This document shows positions 30,260-40,068 of a DNA stretch of 64,000 nucleotides, in pieces. Below the pieces are notes generated by a model that worked only from the letters and a program-made list of their open reading frames with translations, was not told where the DNA came from and did no database searches. The position numbers were made by a program, and so were the translations under genes. Each line of letters starts with the position of its first letter. Position 1 is the first letter of the stretch. Origin of the DNA: Nakamurella sp. GTDB lineage: Bacteria; Actinomycetota; Actinomycetes; Mycobacteriales; Nakamurellaceae. The stretch spans positions 10,682 through 74,681 of the forward strand of contig JADGOY010000002.1 in assembly GCA_017882715.1 (NCBI GenBank), in the 5' to 3' direction.

Positions 30260-30342
30260 CGTACGCCACGGTATCCGGCGCCACGCTACCCGTACGCCTC
30301 CGGTATCCACTGGTCGGCGCCACGCTACGCGTACACCTCCGG
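30260..30342. repeat. Imperfect tandem duplication of the gcvP stop-codon region
   Basis: CGGCGCCACGCTAC(C/G)CGTAC(G/A)CCTCCGG at 30276 and 30315, plus a partial copy at 30260. Confidence 0.7.
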
Positions 30343-33243
30343 CGACGGGCAGGAGCAGACCAGGTTTCGGTCCCCGAATGCCCCGTCGATCCGGCCGACC
30401 GCCGGGAAGTACTTGTGCGTCGGTGACACTCCGGCCGGGAACACGGCCTCGGACCGCGAGTACGGGTGATCCCAGTCGCCGGCCAGCGCCGCCGCGGTGT
30501 GCGGCGCGCCGCGCAGCGGGTTGTCCGTCACCGGCCACTCGCCGGATCCGACCCTGTCGATCTCGCCCTTGATCGCGATCATCGCGTCGCAGAACCGGTC
30601 GATCTCGCCGAGGTCCTCGCTCTCGGTTGGCTCCACCATCAGCGTGCCGGGTACCGGGAACGACATGGTGGGCGCATGGAACCCGTAGTCCGCCAAGCGT
30701 TTTGCCACGTCGTCGACGGTCACGCCGGTGGCCTGGGTGATCGGCCGGACATCCAGGATGCATTCGTGCGCGACGAACCCGGCCTCACCCGCGTAGAGCA
30801 CCGGGAAATGCTCGTCGAGCCGGCGGGCGATGTAGTTGGCCGAGGCGATCGCGGTCAGGGTGGCCCGGCGCAGACCATCCGCGCCCATCATCCGGATGTA
30901 GGCCCAGCTGATCGGCAGGATGGACGCCGACCCCCACGGCGCCGCGGCGACAGCGCCGATGCCGGTGTCTGGACCGGCCGTCTGAGCCAGCGGGTGGTTC
31001 GGCAGGAACGGCGCCAGGTGTGCCGCCACCGCGACCGGCCCGACACCGGGCCCACCTCCGCCATGCGGGATGCAGAATGTCTTGTGCAGGTTCAGGTGCG
31101 ACACATCTCCGCCGAAAGCGCCCGGCCGGGCCACTCCGACCAGCGCGTTCAGGTTCGCCCCGTCGACGTACACCTGGCCGCCGGCCGCGTGCACCGCGTC
31201 CGCGAGGTCGGCGATGGTGTCCTCGAAGACCCCATGGGTGGACGGGTAGGTGACCATGATCGCGGCCAGCTCGTCGGCGTGTTTGTCGATCTTGGCGCGC
31301 AGGTCGGCCATGTCGACGTTGCCGCGGGTGTCGGTGGCCACGACCACCACCCGCATGCCGGCCATCACCGCGCTGGCCGCGTTCGTGCCGTGCGCGCTGG
31401 CCGGGATCAGGCAGACGGTCCGCGCCTCGTCGCCGCGGGACCGGTGGTAGGCGCGGATCGCCAGCAACCCGGATAGCTCACCCTGGGACCCGGCGTTCGG
31501 TTGCAGCGAAACCGCTGCGTAACCGGTGATCTCGCACAGCCAGCCGGAGAGCTGATCGACCAGCTCCAACAGCCCGGCGACGTCCTCCACCGGCGCGAAC
31601 GGGTGGAGGTTCGCGAACTCGGGCCATGTCACCGCCTCCATCTCGGCGGCGGCGTTGAGTTTCATCGTGCACGAACCGAGCGGGATCATCGACCGGTCCA
31701 GCGCCAGGTCGGAGTCCGACAACCGGCGCAGGTAGCGCATCATCGAGGTCTCGCTGCGGTGGGTGTGGAACACCGGGTGGGTGAGGTAGTCGCTGGCCCG
31801 GGCGAGCTCGGCGGCCACCGGCGCGGCGTCCGACGAGAGACCCCCGGTCAGTCCGAACGCCTCGACCACTCCGTCCAGGTGCTCAGGAAGGGTCGCCTCG
31901 GAGACGCTGATCTGGACGGCGTCGTCGCCGTCCGCCCACAGGTTGATGCCGCGCTCCCGGGCGGCCGCGACGATCGCCGGCGCGCGGCCGGGAACCGTGG
32001 CGCGCACCGTGTCGAAGAACCGCGCGTGCTCGACCTCGACGCCCCCGCGCTCCAGGGTGGCTGCCAGCCGCTGCGCGTCCGAATGGACCCGCTCGGCGAT
32101 CGCCCTCAGCCCTTCCGGGCCGTGGTACACGGCGTACATCGAGGCCATGACGGCCAGCAGCACCTGCGCGGTGCAGATGTTCGAGGTCGCCTTCTCCCGG
32201 CGGATGTGCTGCTCCCGGGTCTGCAGGGCGAGCCGGAACGCGGTGGTGCCCTGCGCGTCGTGGGAAACCCCGACGAGCCGGCCGGGGAGTTGCCGCTGCA
32301 GCTCCGGACGCACCGCGATGAACCCCGCGTGCGGCCCGCCGAACCCGAGCGGCACGCCGAACCGTTGCGACGAGCCGACCGCGACATCCGCGCCGATCTC
32401 ACCCGGTGGGCGGAGCAGCGTCAGCGCCAGCAGGTCGGTGGCGACAACGACCTTGGCCTCCCGCTGGTGCGCCGCTTCGATCAGCTCGGCGTGGTCGCGG
32501 ACTGCGCCGGAGGCTCCGGGATAGGACAGCAGCAGACCGAGGAAGTCACCGACCGGCAGTGCCTCGGCGCCCAGGGTGAGGTCCGCGACGACGACCTCGA
32601 TGCCGATCGGTTCGGCCCGAGTTCGGATCACCGCGATGGTCTGCGGCAACGTGTCGGCGTCCACCACGAACCGGTGCGATTTCGACTTCGCGGTCCGCTT
32701 GATCAGCGTCATCGCCTCGGCGGCGGCGGTCGCCTCATCGAGCATGGACGCGTTGGCGATCTCCAAGGCGGTGAGGTCAGCGACTGCTGTCTGGAAGTTC
32801 AGCAGCGCCTCCAGCCGGCCCTGGGAGATCTCCGGCTGGTAGGGCGTGTAGGCGGTGTACCAGGCCGGGTTCTCCAGCACGTTGCGCTTGATCACCGCCG
32901 GAACGAGGGTGTCGTGGTAGCCCATCCCGATCATCTGGACCATCGGGGTGTTGCGGGCGGCAAGGGCACGCAGCTCGGCCAGCGCCTGGGCCTCGGAAGC
33001 GGGCGCTGGAAGGTCGAGGGGGGCGCCGTGACGGATGATCTTCGGCACCGCTGCGCGCTCGAGACCGTCCAGGCTCGGCTGGTCCAGCAGGTGCAGCATC
33101 GTCGCCAGGCCGGGGGCGTCGAGCCCGATGTGCCGGTCGGCGAACGTTGCGGGGGTCGCGGCCGGCCGGTCGCCGTTGTTGCTCGCCGCGTTGTGGCCGA
33201 TCGGCGCGGCTGCGGTCGTGTGGTCTGTACCCATGTTCTCCAC
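30325..33243 (-). CDS. gcvP: Glycine dehydrogenase (glycine cleavage P protein)
   Basis: [42 protein letters not shown] lysine SHLNLHKTF. Confidence 0.98.
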   Translation of the reverse strand: MENMGTDHTTAAAPIGHNAASNNGDRPAATPATFADRHIGLDAPGLATMLHLLDQPSLDGLERAAVPKIIRHGAPLDLPAPASEAQALAELRALAARNTPMVQMIGMGYHDTLVPAVIKRNVLENPAWYTAYTPYQPEISQGRLEALLNFQTAVADLTALEIANASMLDEATAAAEAMTLIKRTAKSKSHRFVVDADTLPQTIAVIRTRAEPIGIEVVVADLTLGAEALPVGDFLGLLLSYPGASGAVRDHAELIEAAHQREAKVVVATDLLALTLLRPPGEIGADVAVGSSQRFGVPLGFGGPHAGFIAVRPELQRQLPGRLVGVSHDAQGTTAFRLALQTREQHIRREKATSNICTAQVLLAVMASMYAVYHGPEGLRAIAERVHSDAQRLAATLERGGVEVEHARFFDTVRATVPGRAPAIVAAARERGINLWADGDDAVQISVSEATLPEHLDGVVEAFGLTGGLSSDAAPVAAELARASDYLTHPVFHTHRSETSMMRYLRRLSDSDLALDRSMIPLGSCTMKLNAAAEMEAVTWPEFANLHPFAPVEDVAGLLELVDQLSGWLCEITGYAAVSLQPNAGSQGELSGLLAIRAYHRSRGDEARTVCLIPASAHGTNAASAVMAGMRVVVVATDTRGNVDMADLRAKIDKHADELAAIMVTYPSTHGVFEDTIADLADAVHAAGGQVYVDGANLNALVGVARPGAFGGDVSHLNLHKTFCIPHGGGGPGVGPVAVAAHLAPFLPNHPLAQTAGPDTGIGAVAAAPWGSASILPISWAYIRMMGADGLRRATLTAIASANYIARRLDEHFPVLYAGEAGFVAHECILDVRPITQATGVTVDDVAKRLADYGFHAPTMSFPVPGTLMVEPTESEDLGEIDRFCDAMIAIKGEIDRVGSGEWPVTDNPLRGAPHTAAALAGDWDHPYSRSEAVFPAGVSPTHKYFPAVGRIDGAFGDRNLVCSCPSPEVYA

Positions 33244-33330
33244 CTCTGGCCCGGCGAGCCGGGTGCTCCGCGTCTGCGGTGGGGACCACTGCAGACGGAT
33301 GACGAGTGCCGTACCGGGCGGACCCGGCCT

Positions 33331-33433
33331 CCCCCTCTGTCATCGGAGCCTGAGAGCTTCACCGCTGGCGCGGCTTGCCCCTTCGGCGAGGCGAGCGGAC
33401 CGAGCGTTCGGCCGAGCGCCCTCTTCCAGAGGT
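33331..33433 (-). promoter_or_regulatory. Glycine riboswitch aptamer 2
   Basis: Minus strand CCTCTGGAAGAG...CGCCGAAGGGGCAA...AAGCTCTCAGG...GACAGAGG upstream of gcvP. Confidence 0.9.
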
Positions 33434-33439
33434 GTCTGT

Positions 33440-33537
33440 CCCCTGCGGTTCGGTGGCCTGAGAGATTGGCGGGGAGGGCTTGCTCCTTCGGCGTCCGTTG
33501 CCGTGGTGGTGCCGGTTCCGGACTCTCCCGCGGGGGG
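33440..33537 (-). promoter_or_regulatory. Glycine riboswitch aptamer 1
   Basis: Minus strand CGCGGGAGAG...CGCCGAAGGAGCAA...AATCTCTCAGG...ACCGCAG. Confidence 0.9.
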
Positions 33538-33963
33538 TCGGTGACGTGCCCGACGGTACCAGCCACGGGCCTCGCGGTGGCTGTTGCGCAGCGGGGCTCA
33601 CAGCCGGGCTTAGGGTTGGCTTAGGGTGCTCGCCAGGGTGCGTTGGCGACAAGGGAGCATCGAGTGATCACCGGGGAGCGGGTTGGCGGCGGTGTATTCC
33701 GCCGAGGAACTGCTCAGCGTCTGGGCCAGCTGACCGCAGATCCCTGATGTGGTCGCCTCGGCACAGCCTCGGCACCTGCATCGAGATGTGGTCAGAGCGT
33801 TCGCCCACGCCGGCCGGCGTTTCCGCGGAAACGCCGAACGCCGCTTGTCGCACGGCGTGTCGGCCAAGGACGGCGCGTCATCGGCGTGTCCAGCCACCCC
33901 GTGCTACCCCGCGCCCTCCCATGACGTTTCCGCGGGAAACGTCTTGGAATAGCTCTCGGGACG

Positions 33964-33984
33964 TGGTATCAACACTGATACCAT
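33964..33984 (+). promoter_or_regulatory. Antitoxin operator overlapping -10 of probable leaderless promoter
   Basis: TGGTATCA-ACAC-TGATACCA inverted repeat; TACCAT 7 nt before ATG 33992. Confidence 0.65.
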
Positions 33985-33991
33985 TGGTGGT

Positions 33992-34267
33992 ATGGCTACT
34001 ACCCTGCGATTGCGGCCCGAAGCCGAGGAAGCATTGCGTATCGAAGCAGCGCGATCTGGCCAGTCCCAACAGGATCTGATCCGCGATGCCGTCGATCAAT
34101 ACCTCGGCTTGGCAACCCAGCGTCGACCTGCCACCGAGTCGGAGCTGATGATCACAACCCACGGGGTTTTACCGGCTCGGTCGCCGTACCACGAAGTCAA
34201 AGAACTGCTTGAGCTGCCTGTCGGTATCACCACCCTCGAACTCCTCGATCGCGAGGAACGAAGGTAG
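33992..34267 (+). CDS. Ribbon-helix-helix (CopG) antitoxin, VapB-like
   Basis: MATTLRL....EEALR..AARSGQSQQDLIRDAVDQYL; acidic tail ending LDREERR; directly upstream of PIN gene. Confidence 0.85.
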   Translation: MATTLRLRPEAEEALRIEAARSGQSQQDLIRDAVDQYLGLATQRRPATESELMITTHGVLPARSPYHEVKELLELPVGITTLELLDREERR

Positions 34268-34270
34268 CTG

Positions 34271-34684
34271 ATGCGTGCCTACATCGACAGCAGCGCGCTG
34301 CTCAAGCGCGTGTTCAGGGAACCACACTCGGCGTCGCTGTCAGCTGCTCTCGCCAAATATGTCAGCGCCGAGTCAGCACTGGTGACATCGTCGCTCGCTT
34401 GGATAGAAGTGTCACGCGCCGTGCGCGCTTACTCGATGAACCACACAGAGGTCACGGCAGACGATGTGGTCGACGCCGCGATGTCCGGTGTCCTCGAACA
34501 CCCGATGAACCGGGAAGTAGTGGCACTCGCCCGCAGGCTGAACCCCTTGGTCCTGCGCAGCCTGGACGCGATCCATTTGGCGTCGGCCTTGCTGCTTGAT
34601 GTGGCCGTCATCGTGACCTATGACCGACGCCTGGCGGAGGCTGCGGCAGTCAACGGACTTCGTAGCGCATCACCCACGGACTGA
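34271..34684 (+). CDS. vapC: VapC PIN-domain toxin
   Basis: YIDSSALLK, EVSRA, LRSLDAIHLASAL, VTYDRRL. Confidence 0.92.
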   Translation: MRAYIDSSALLKRVFREPHSASLSAALAKYVSAESALVTSSLAWIEVSRAVRAYSMNHTEVTADDVVDAAMSGVLEHPMNREVVALARRLNPLVLRSLDAIHLASALLLDVAVIVTYDRRLAEAAAVNGLRSASPTD

Positions 34685-34741
34685 GACCGCCGAAAGCTGG
34701 TGGATCACAGGATATGAGCCCGTTCAAGGAAACTGGCTGAA

Positions 34742-34825
34742 CCGCAACAGGTCGACCAGCGCGACCACGGTCCTGGTCTCGCCCGATCCGGTGGCCATCA
34801 CCAGCAGGGCCCGCCGCTGATGCCC
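34742..34825 (-). pseudogene. Type I restriction HsdR helicase motif I fragment
   Basis: Minus frame HQRRALLVMATGSGETRTVVALVDLL, cf. HsdR RKALLVMATGSGKTRTVIALVDLL; Walker A K replaced by E. Confidence 0.7.
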
Positions 34826-34839
34826 AACGAAAAGGAACG

Positions 34840-35028
34840 GTGGAGGCCGAGGTCCTGGACGAGTTCCTCGCGGGGCGAGCTTTGACAGGTAACCATTTGG
34901 CACCAGCCGGACCCGAGCAGATCTTCTCCAACGAGGACGCGGACCGGCTGGTGGACGCCCTGGAGCGCCTCCGCCAATGGGCCGGGGTGGCCCCGGGGGC
35001 CGATACGGACCCCTCGGATTGCGCCTGA
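34840..35028 (+). pseudogene. Type I restriction HsdR extreme C-terminal fragment (EcoEI_R_C-like), internally deleted
   Basis: LDEFLAGRALTGN|HLAPAGPEQIFSNEDADRLVDALERLR resembles F.EFL....LTANQ...LAP.GPE.LF...D.D.LV..L with the middle missing. Confidence 0.55.
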
Positions 35029-35138
35029 CAATGCTCGTCGAGCACCTCGCGCCGCGGAGCGACTTTCTGCCTCGTCAGCGTGGCTCCGACATCCCTTCAG
35101 CGAACGATCCGCGATCCACGCCGCAACCAACGCACGAG

Positions 35139-36953
35139 TCAGGCCGCGACCCGGTGCACCAGGACAAACCGGTGACCCGCACCCGATCCGCGATCCATCC
35201 GCAGCGCGACCCCCGCGGACCGGGCGGCCAGCACGGCAGCCACGCCGGCGGCCAGCACGCACACACTTCCGGAGAGCACCAGCGCGATCGGCGCACCCCA
35301 GCGCTCGGTGATAGCGCCGACGATCAGCGAACCAACCGGCGTGCCACCCATGAAGACGAGCATGTACAGACTCATCACCCGGCCGCGCAGTTCCGGGTCG
35401 CTGGCCAGCTGCACCGACGTGTTGCCCAGCGTGTTGAAGGTGACGGAGACGAACCCGACGACCACCAACAGAGCGACGAACGGGACGAACCACGGAGTCA
35501 GACCCAACGCCACCAAGCCCACACCGACACCTGCGGCGGACGCGAACAGCACCGACAACCGGGTGGCCACCCGACGCGCCGCGACCAGGGCCCCGGCCAC
35601 CGATCCGAGGGCCAGCACGGCGTTGAGCAGGCCGTACACGTCCGCGCCCGCATCGAACACGTTCTTGGTGTAGGCGGACAAGATGATCGCGAAGTTGTAT
35701 CCGAAGGTGCCGACGAAGAAGACCAGCACGACCGGCCAGAGCAACGCCGGTGTCCGCCAGACGTAGCGCAGACCCTCTCGCAGCTGGCCCGGACCTCGCG
35801 GCGCGAGTGGCAGTTCTTGCAGGTCCCGGATGCGCATCGCGGCCAGCGCAGCGAGAACGGCCACATAGCTCAGGGCGTTGAACGCGAAAGCCCAGCCGAT
35901 CCCGACGACGCTGATGAGCACACCAGCGACCGCAGGCCCGACCATCCTGGCGAGTTGGAAGTTCCCTGAGTTCAAGCTGACGGCGTTGCGGACCAGCGAC
36001 TTGGGCACCATTTCGTTCACAAACGTCTGACGGGCGGGGTTGTCGACCACCGTGGCCAGCCCCAGCCCGAACGCGATCAGGTACACCTGCCACACCTGGA
36101 CGATCCCGGCCAGGGTGAGCCCGGCGAGGATCGCGGCGAGCAAGCCCATGGCGGTCTGGGTGATCAGCAGCAGTCGGCGCTTGGGGTAGCGGTCGACGAG
36201 CACTCCGCCCCAGAGTCCGAACAACAGCATCGGCAGGAACTGCAGGGCCGTCGTGATCCCGACCGCCAGCGGAGAGTTGGTGATCTGCAGGACCAGCCAG
36301 TCCTGCGCGATGCGCTGCATCCAGGTGCCGGTGTTGGACACCACCTGACCGGAAAAGTACAGCCGGTAATTGCGGAGGTGCAGCGCGGCAAAGGTCGACG
36401 GGCGTTGCACGGGATCCGGCTGCCCGCCAGTTTCTCCGCGATCGACCACAGCGCGGCCGTGCGCTGAGTCGGGGCCATGCGCCGCGTCGGGGCCATGCGC
36501 CGAGTCCGGGCCGCCGGCCGAGTCGGGGTAGGGCGCCGCGTCGGGGCGATCACGCGTATCGACAAGACCAGTCGGGGCACGCCGATCGGCGAGATTCGTC
36601 GCAACCGCGGGATCCGATGACAGCGGACGTGCCACGGTGGCGGGTTCGGCCCGGTCGGCCTCGGGGTCGTCGATGGCGTCGGTTCGGCGTGCGGGATCGA
36701 CGACGCCGGCGCGGTAGGCGGGGATGGTGCGCTCGGCGGGGATGGTCCGCTCGGCGGGGAGCCGGTCCTGCTCATGAATTCCGCCATCGGGCGGGGACAT
36801 GACGGCGGGCTCTGCGGCGGTCGCCGGACAACGATCACGGGCGGATTGAGCAACGAGGCCGCCGTCACGGTGCGGCGCGCGATGAGACCGTGAGGGATCG
36901 ACGTCCGCGGGACGGTGGCGCAGCATGTGGCGACGCATGGTCAGCAGACTCAC
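35139..36953 (-). CDS. MFS transporter (transmembrane secretion effector/MFS_3-like) with long repetitive N-terminal extension
   Basis: NYRLYFSGQVVSNTGTWMQRIAQDWLVL, VDNPARQTFV, LRGRVMSLY; start uncertain (GTGA overlap with marR assumed). Confidence 0.88.
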   Translation of the reverse strand: MSLLTMRRHMLRHRPADVDPSRSHRAPHRDGGLVAQSARDRCPATAAEPAVMSPPDGGIHEQDRLPAERTIPAERTIPAYRAGVVDPARRTDAIDDPEADRAEPATVARPLSSDPAVATNLADRRAPTGLVDTRDRPDAAPYPDSAGGPDSAHGPDAAHGPDSAHGRAVVDRGETGGQPDPVQRPSTFAALHLRNYRLYFSGQVVSNTGTWMQRIAQDWLVLQITNSPLAVGITTALQFLPMLLFGLWGGVLVDRYPKRRLLLITQTAMGLLAAILAGLTLAGIVQVWQVYLIAFGLGLATVVDNPARQTFVNEMVPKSLVRNAVSLNSGNFQLARMVGPAVAGVLISVVGIGWAFAFNALSYVAVLAALAAMRIRDLQELPLAPRGPGQLREGLRYVWRTPALLWPVVLVFFVGTFGYNFAIILSAYTKNVFDAGADVYGLLNAVLALGSVAGALVAARRVATRLSVLFASAAGVGVGLVALGLTPWFVPFVALLVVVGFVSVTFNTLGNTSVQLASDPELRGRVMSLYMLVFMGGTPVGSLIVGAITERWGAPIALVLSGSVCVLAAGVAAVLAARSAGVALRMDRGSGAGHRFVLVHRVAA

Positions 36954-37429
36954 GGGATCGCCGCCAAGCGGGCGAGCGCGTCGGTGGCCGCCGCGAGTGC
37001 CTGCTGCTCGGCCGGTTCGAGTTGGTCGAGCCGCTCGCGCAGCCAGGCTGAACGCACTTCCCTGGATGCCTGGACGAAGGCGTCGCCGGCCTCGGTCCGC
37101 GTCACGAGCACCTGTCGGCCGTCCGTCGGATGCGGGTCGCGGCGCACGAAGCCCCGCCGCTCCAGCATCTCGATCACCCGGGTGATCGACGGCGGTCGGA
37201 CGTGCTCGGTCCGTGCCAGCTGCCCAGGCGTCATCGGACCGCATCGGCCCAGATGACCGAGCACAGCACCTTCGGTCGATGAGATCTCGTCGCCCGCGAC
37301 CTGGTGCCGCAGCCGTCGTGCCAACACCAGCACGGCAGCACGCAGCGCAGCGACGTCAATGGACGATGCGTCCGCCTCCCTCGCGTCCGGCAGGGCGGTG
37401 GTGGTGGTGACGGCGGTCTCAGCAGGCAT
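36950..37429 (-). CDS. MarR family transcriptional regulator
   Basis: LARRLR, MTPGQLARTEHVRPPSITRVI..LE..G.V.R.PHPTDGRQV. Confidence 0.92.
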   Translation of the reverse strand: MPAETAVTTTTALPDAREADASSIDVAALRAAVLVLARRLRHQVAGDEISSTEGAVLGHLGRCGPMTPGQLARTEHVRPPSITRVIEMLERRGFVRRDPHPTDGRQVLVTRTEAGDAFVQASREVRSAWLRERLDQLEPAEQQALAAATDALARLAAIP

Positions 37430-37435
37430 ATCGTT

Positions 37436-37462
37436 AGTCTAGCTCATTAGGTAAACTAATGA
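37436..37462 (-). promoter_or_regulatory. MarR operator and probable leaderless -10
   Basis: TCATTAG-GTAAA-CTAATGA inverted repeat (37444-37462); TAGACT 6 nt before ATG. Confidence 0.65.
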
Positions 37463-37868
37463 TAGTGCCCGCCGGGCGTCATTGTTCACGAAGGCGCTTC
37501 AGCTGCCCGGACGGTCACCAGCCGCACACACGATCAGCCGCGGAACGTCGTCGATGTCGATGGCCATCCAGCCGCAGCCGGCTGACCCGCAGCCGGATCA
37601 TGATCAAAGTCTCTGGCCATCCAAGGACGGCGAAGGGCCAGCAGCTTTCATCTTGAGCAGCCGCACCGCTGGAAATCGGTGCCGCAGAGGAGTGGCTGAT
37701 CATGTCTGCTGGGACACCCGAGGCTCCAGGGCCGTGCAACTCAGACCAAGGACGGCCACACCGGCCGGACAGTACGTCAAGCCAGCCGCAGGGAGCCGGC
37801 CGCGGGACGAACCTCCCCGCCAGAGCACAATCGGCAGACGAGCCGACCCGCCAGCGACAGCGACTGCG

Positions 37869-38411
37869 TCAGCCCGCGGTCCGCGCCTGCCTGCGCTGCG
37901 AGAGCTCATCTTGGGTGACCGGAACGACACGGTCGCCCTCGACCCGCTCGGCCGGGAACTCCGCCAGCGAGCCGGTGACCTCGCGCATGGTGCCGCCGAC
38001 GGCGATCCCGAAAACACCCTGACCGCCTTGTAGCAGATCGACGATCTCCTCGGGCGAGGTGCACTCGTACACCGTCGTCCCGTCCGAGAACAACGTCACA
38101 CCGGCCAGGTCGTCCACTCCACGGGCCCGCAGGTGCTCGACGGCGACCCGGATGTTCTGCAGGGAGACGCCGGTGTCCAGCAGCCGCTTGACGACCTTGA
38201 GCACCAGGATGTCCTTGAAGGAATACAGCCGCTGGCTGCCCGAGCCGGTCGCGCCCCGCACGGTCGGGACCACCAGGTCGGTCCGCGCCCAGTAGTCCAG
38301 CTGACGGTAGGTGATTCCTGCGGCCTGACAGGCGGTGGGCCCCCGGTAGCCTGCGAGCTCGTCGGGCAGTGCCGTGTTGGGAAAGAGTGCACCCTGCTCC
38401 TGGTCGGGCAT
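37869..38411 (-). CDS. MerR family regulator (Rv1830/McdR-like)
   Basis: GYRGPTACQAAGITYRQLDYWART...GSGSQRLYSFKDIL..KRLLDTGVSLQNIR. Confidence 0.93.
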   Translation of the reverse strand: MPDQEQGALFPNTALPDELAGYRGPTACQAAGITYRQLDYWARTDLVVPTVRGATGSGSQRLYSFKDILVLKVVKRLLDTGVSLQNIRVAVEHLRARGVDDLAGVTLFSDGTTVYECTSPEEIVDLLQGGQGVFGIAVGGTMREVTGSLAEFPAERVEGDRVVPVTQDELSQRRQARTAG

Positions 38412-38507
38412 CGCGCCACCCTTTCTTGCGTGCGCGGAATCAACCGTGCCGCACCAACCCGCGTCAACCAGTGCTGTCCGAACCACCCATCTGGACCCAA
38501 CCGGCCA

Positions 38508-38600
38508 AATCACATCGACGTGACTTGCTTTGACGGTAGGCCCGCACCCGGCACCGGTCAACGTCTGGCTCGGCGTGTCCTCAACCTGAGCTTCAGGGTT
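38508..38600 (-). promoter_or_regulatory. Promoter region with putative McdR-like site (38508-38525) and FtsR-like site (38579-38600)
   Basis: AATCACA-TCGA-CGTGACT; minus strand AACCCTGAAGCTCAGGTTGAGG; TTGACC-17-TACCGT promoter between them. Confidence 0.55.
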
Positions 38601-38676
38601 ACCGCGAGAGGGCGCCAGTAGCCAGTACGACATGCAGACCGGGGCGCAACGGAGCTTGTTGACGGCAGGGGCGGAA

Positions 38677-39195
38677 CTACGGCTTCTGCTCACCGCCGAA
38701 ATCGTCGGGCGAGATGGAATCCAGGAACTCGCGGAACCGCTCGACCTCGTCCTCGGCGTCTCCGCCGTCAGCGCTGTCGTCGGCGACTTCCGCCTCGTCG
38801 TCCGGCGGCACCACGATGCCCGCCTCGGCCAGCACGGCCTCGTCGACGAACACGGGGATCTCCACGCGCACCGCGAGCGCAATGGCATCCGACGGCCGCG
38901 CCGAGACCGTGGTCCCGTCATCGAAGGCCAGCTCGCCGAAGAAGGTGCCTTCCCGAAAGTCGACGACGCGAACCTGGACGACCGAGCGCCCGAGTGCGGT
39001 GATCACGTGCCCGAGCAGGTCGTGGGTGAGCGGCCGCGCTGGTCGGACACCCTGCTGGTGCATGGCAATCGCGGTTGCCTCCGCCGAGCCGATCAGGATG
39101 GGCAGGCTTCGCGGGCCGTCCACCTCGGTCAGCATCAGAATCGGCTGCTGGTTGGGCATTTCGACCCGGACGCCGACGATCCGCATCTCGATCAT
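38677..39195 (-). CDS. Bifunctional nuclease family protein (DUF151, Rv1829-like)
   Basis: LPI.IG..EATAIA, RPLTHDL, ARPSDAIALA, EVERFREFLD.ISPDDF. Confidence 0.92.
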   Translation of the reverse strand: MIEMRIVGVRVEMPNQQPILMLTEVDGPRSLPILIGSAEATAIAMHQQGVRPARPLTHDLLGHVITALGRSVVQVRVVDFREGTFFGELAFDDGTTVSARPSDAIALAVRVEIPVFVDEAVLAEAGIVVPPDDEAEVADDSADGGDAEDEVERFREFLDSISPDDFGGEQKP

Positions 39196-39279
39196 CTCGG
39201 TCAGCCTCTCTCCTTCACATCGAACGCTACACGCCGACGTCTCCGGCCGTAGGCCCCATCCCGTGCCGTCCGCGAGGCA

Positions 39280-40023
39280 TCAACGACCGAGATCTCGGCG
39301 TAATCCGGCCTTGACAAGTTGGGAGTGCATCCGCAGGATCGTCGCCCCCAGACGGGCCGCTTCGGCGCCAGCCCGCTCCCTGGCATCCGGGTCTCGTTGA
39401 CGCGCCTGAGGCGACACCAGCTGGGTGATCAAAGTCGCCTCGCGGTCGGCCGCGGTGCGAAAAGACCTCAGATGACGGGCCTCCAGACCGACCGCGAGCA
39501 ATTCCGCCGCCGTGCCGGCGATCAGCACGGAGTCGGCGTCGAAGTAACCACCTGGACCGGCGGTGACCAGCCCGAATTGCTCGAGCTCGGCCAGCGCTGT
39601 CATCGTCAGACCGGTTTCGGCCAGCAGCTCGCCGCGGGTCACCCGAACCTCGGTCGACGCGGCGAAATCGCCAGGCGAAGGCCCGTCGGCCATCACCAGC
39701 GAGCGCGGCAGCCGCGCCGCCGGCGTGGCAGGCTCGAGCCCACGATCGATCGCGTCCAGCTGATCCTTGATGACCTTCAACGGCAGGTAGTGATCGCGCT
39801 GCGCGGCCAGCACGTAGCGCAGCCGCTCCACATCCTCGGTGGTGAACTGACGGTAGCCCGACGGTGTGCGCTGCGGTGTGACCAGCCCCTCCGACTCCAG
39901 AAACCGGATCTTGGAGATGGAGACGTCCGGGAACTCCGCCTTGAGCCGGCTCAGCACCGAGCCGATGCTGAGCGAGCGACCGGGCTCTGGTGACATGGTG
40001 GCGGTACTAGCCGGGGACGACAC
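39280..40023 (-). CDS. MerR family regulator (Rv1828/FtsR-like)
   Basis: SIGSVL..L..EFPDVSISKIRFLESEGLV.P.RTPSGYR, QRDHYLPLKVI. Confidence 0.92.
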   Translation of the reverse strand: MSSPASTATMSPEPGRSLSIGSVLSRLKAEFPDVSISKIRFLESEGLVTPQRTPSGYRQFTTEDVERLRYVLAAQRDHYLPLKVIKDQLDAIDRGLEPATPAARLPRSLVMADGPSPGDFAASTEVRVTRGELLAETGLTMTALAELEQFGLVTAGPGGYFDADSVLIAGTAAELLAVGLEARHLRSFRTAADREATLITQLVSPQARQRDPDARERAGAEAARLGATILRMHSQLVKAGLRRDLGR

Positions 40024-40068
40024 TGCTGACCTCGATGACCCTGATCGCGACCGGCAGATTCGGCCAGG

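Noticed and set aside
30260-30342. attL/attR of an element integrated in the gcvP 3' end
   Set aside because: Copies are adjacent, with no integrase or distant partner repeat seen; treated as local duplication
33600-33815. Possible relic of a DUF559-like endonuclease C-terminus
   Set aside because: Only vague resemblance (AGW.., VVRAFA) in different frames; cannot support without blastx
33818-33833. parS-like palindrome CGTTTCCGCGGAAACG
   Set aside because: All four central bases differ from GTTTCACGTGAAAC; not called parS
37460-37860. Short ORFs between marR and the Rv1830-like gene
   Set aside because: No motifs, RBS or codon bias recognisable; left unannotated
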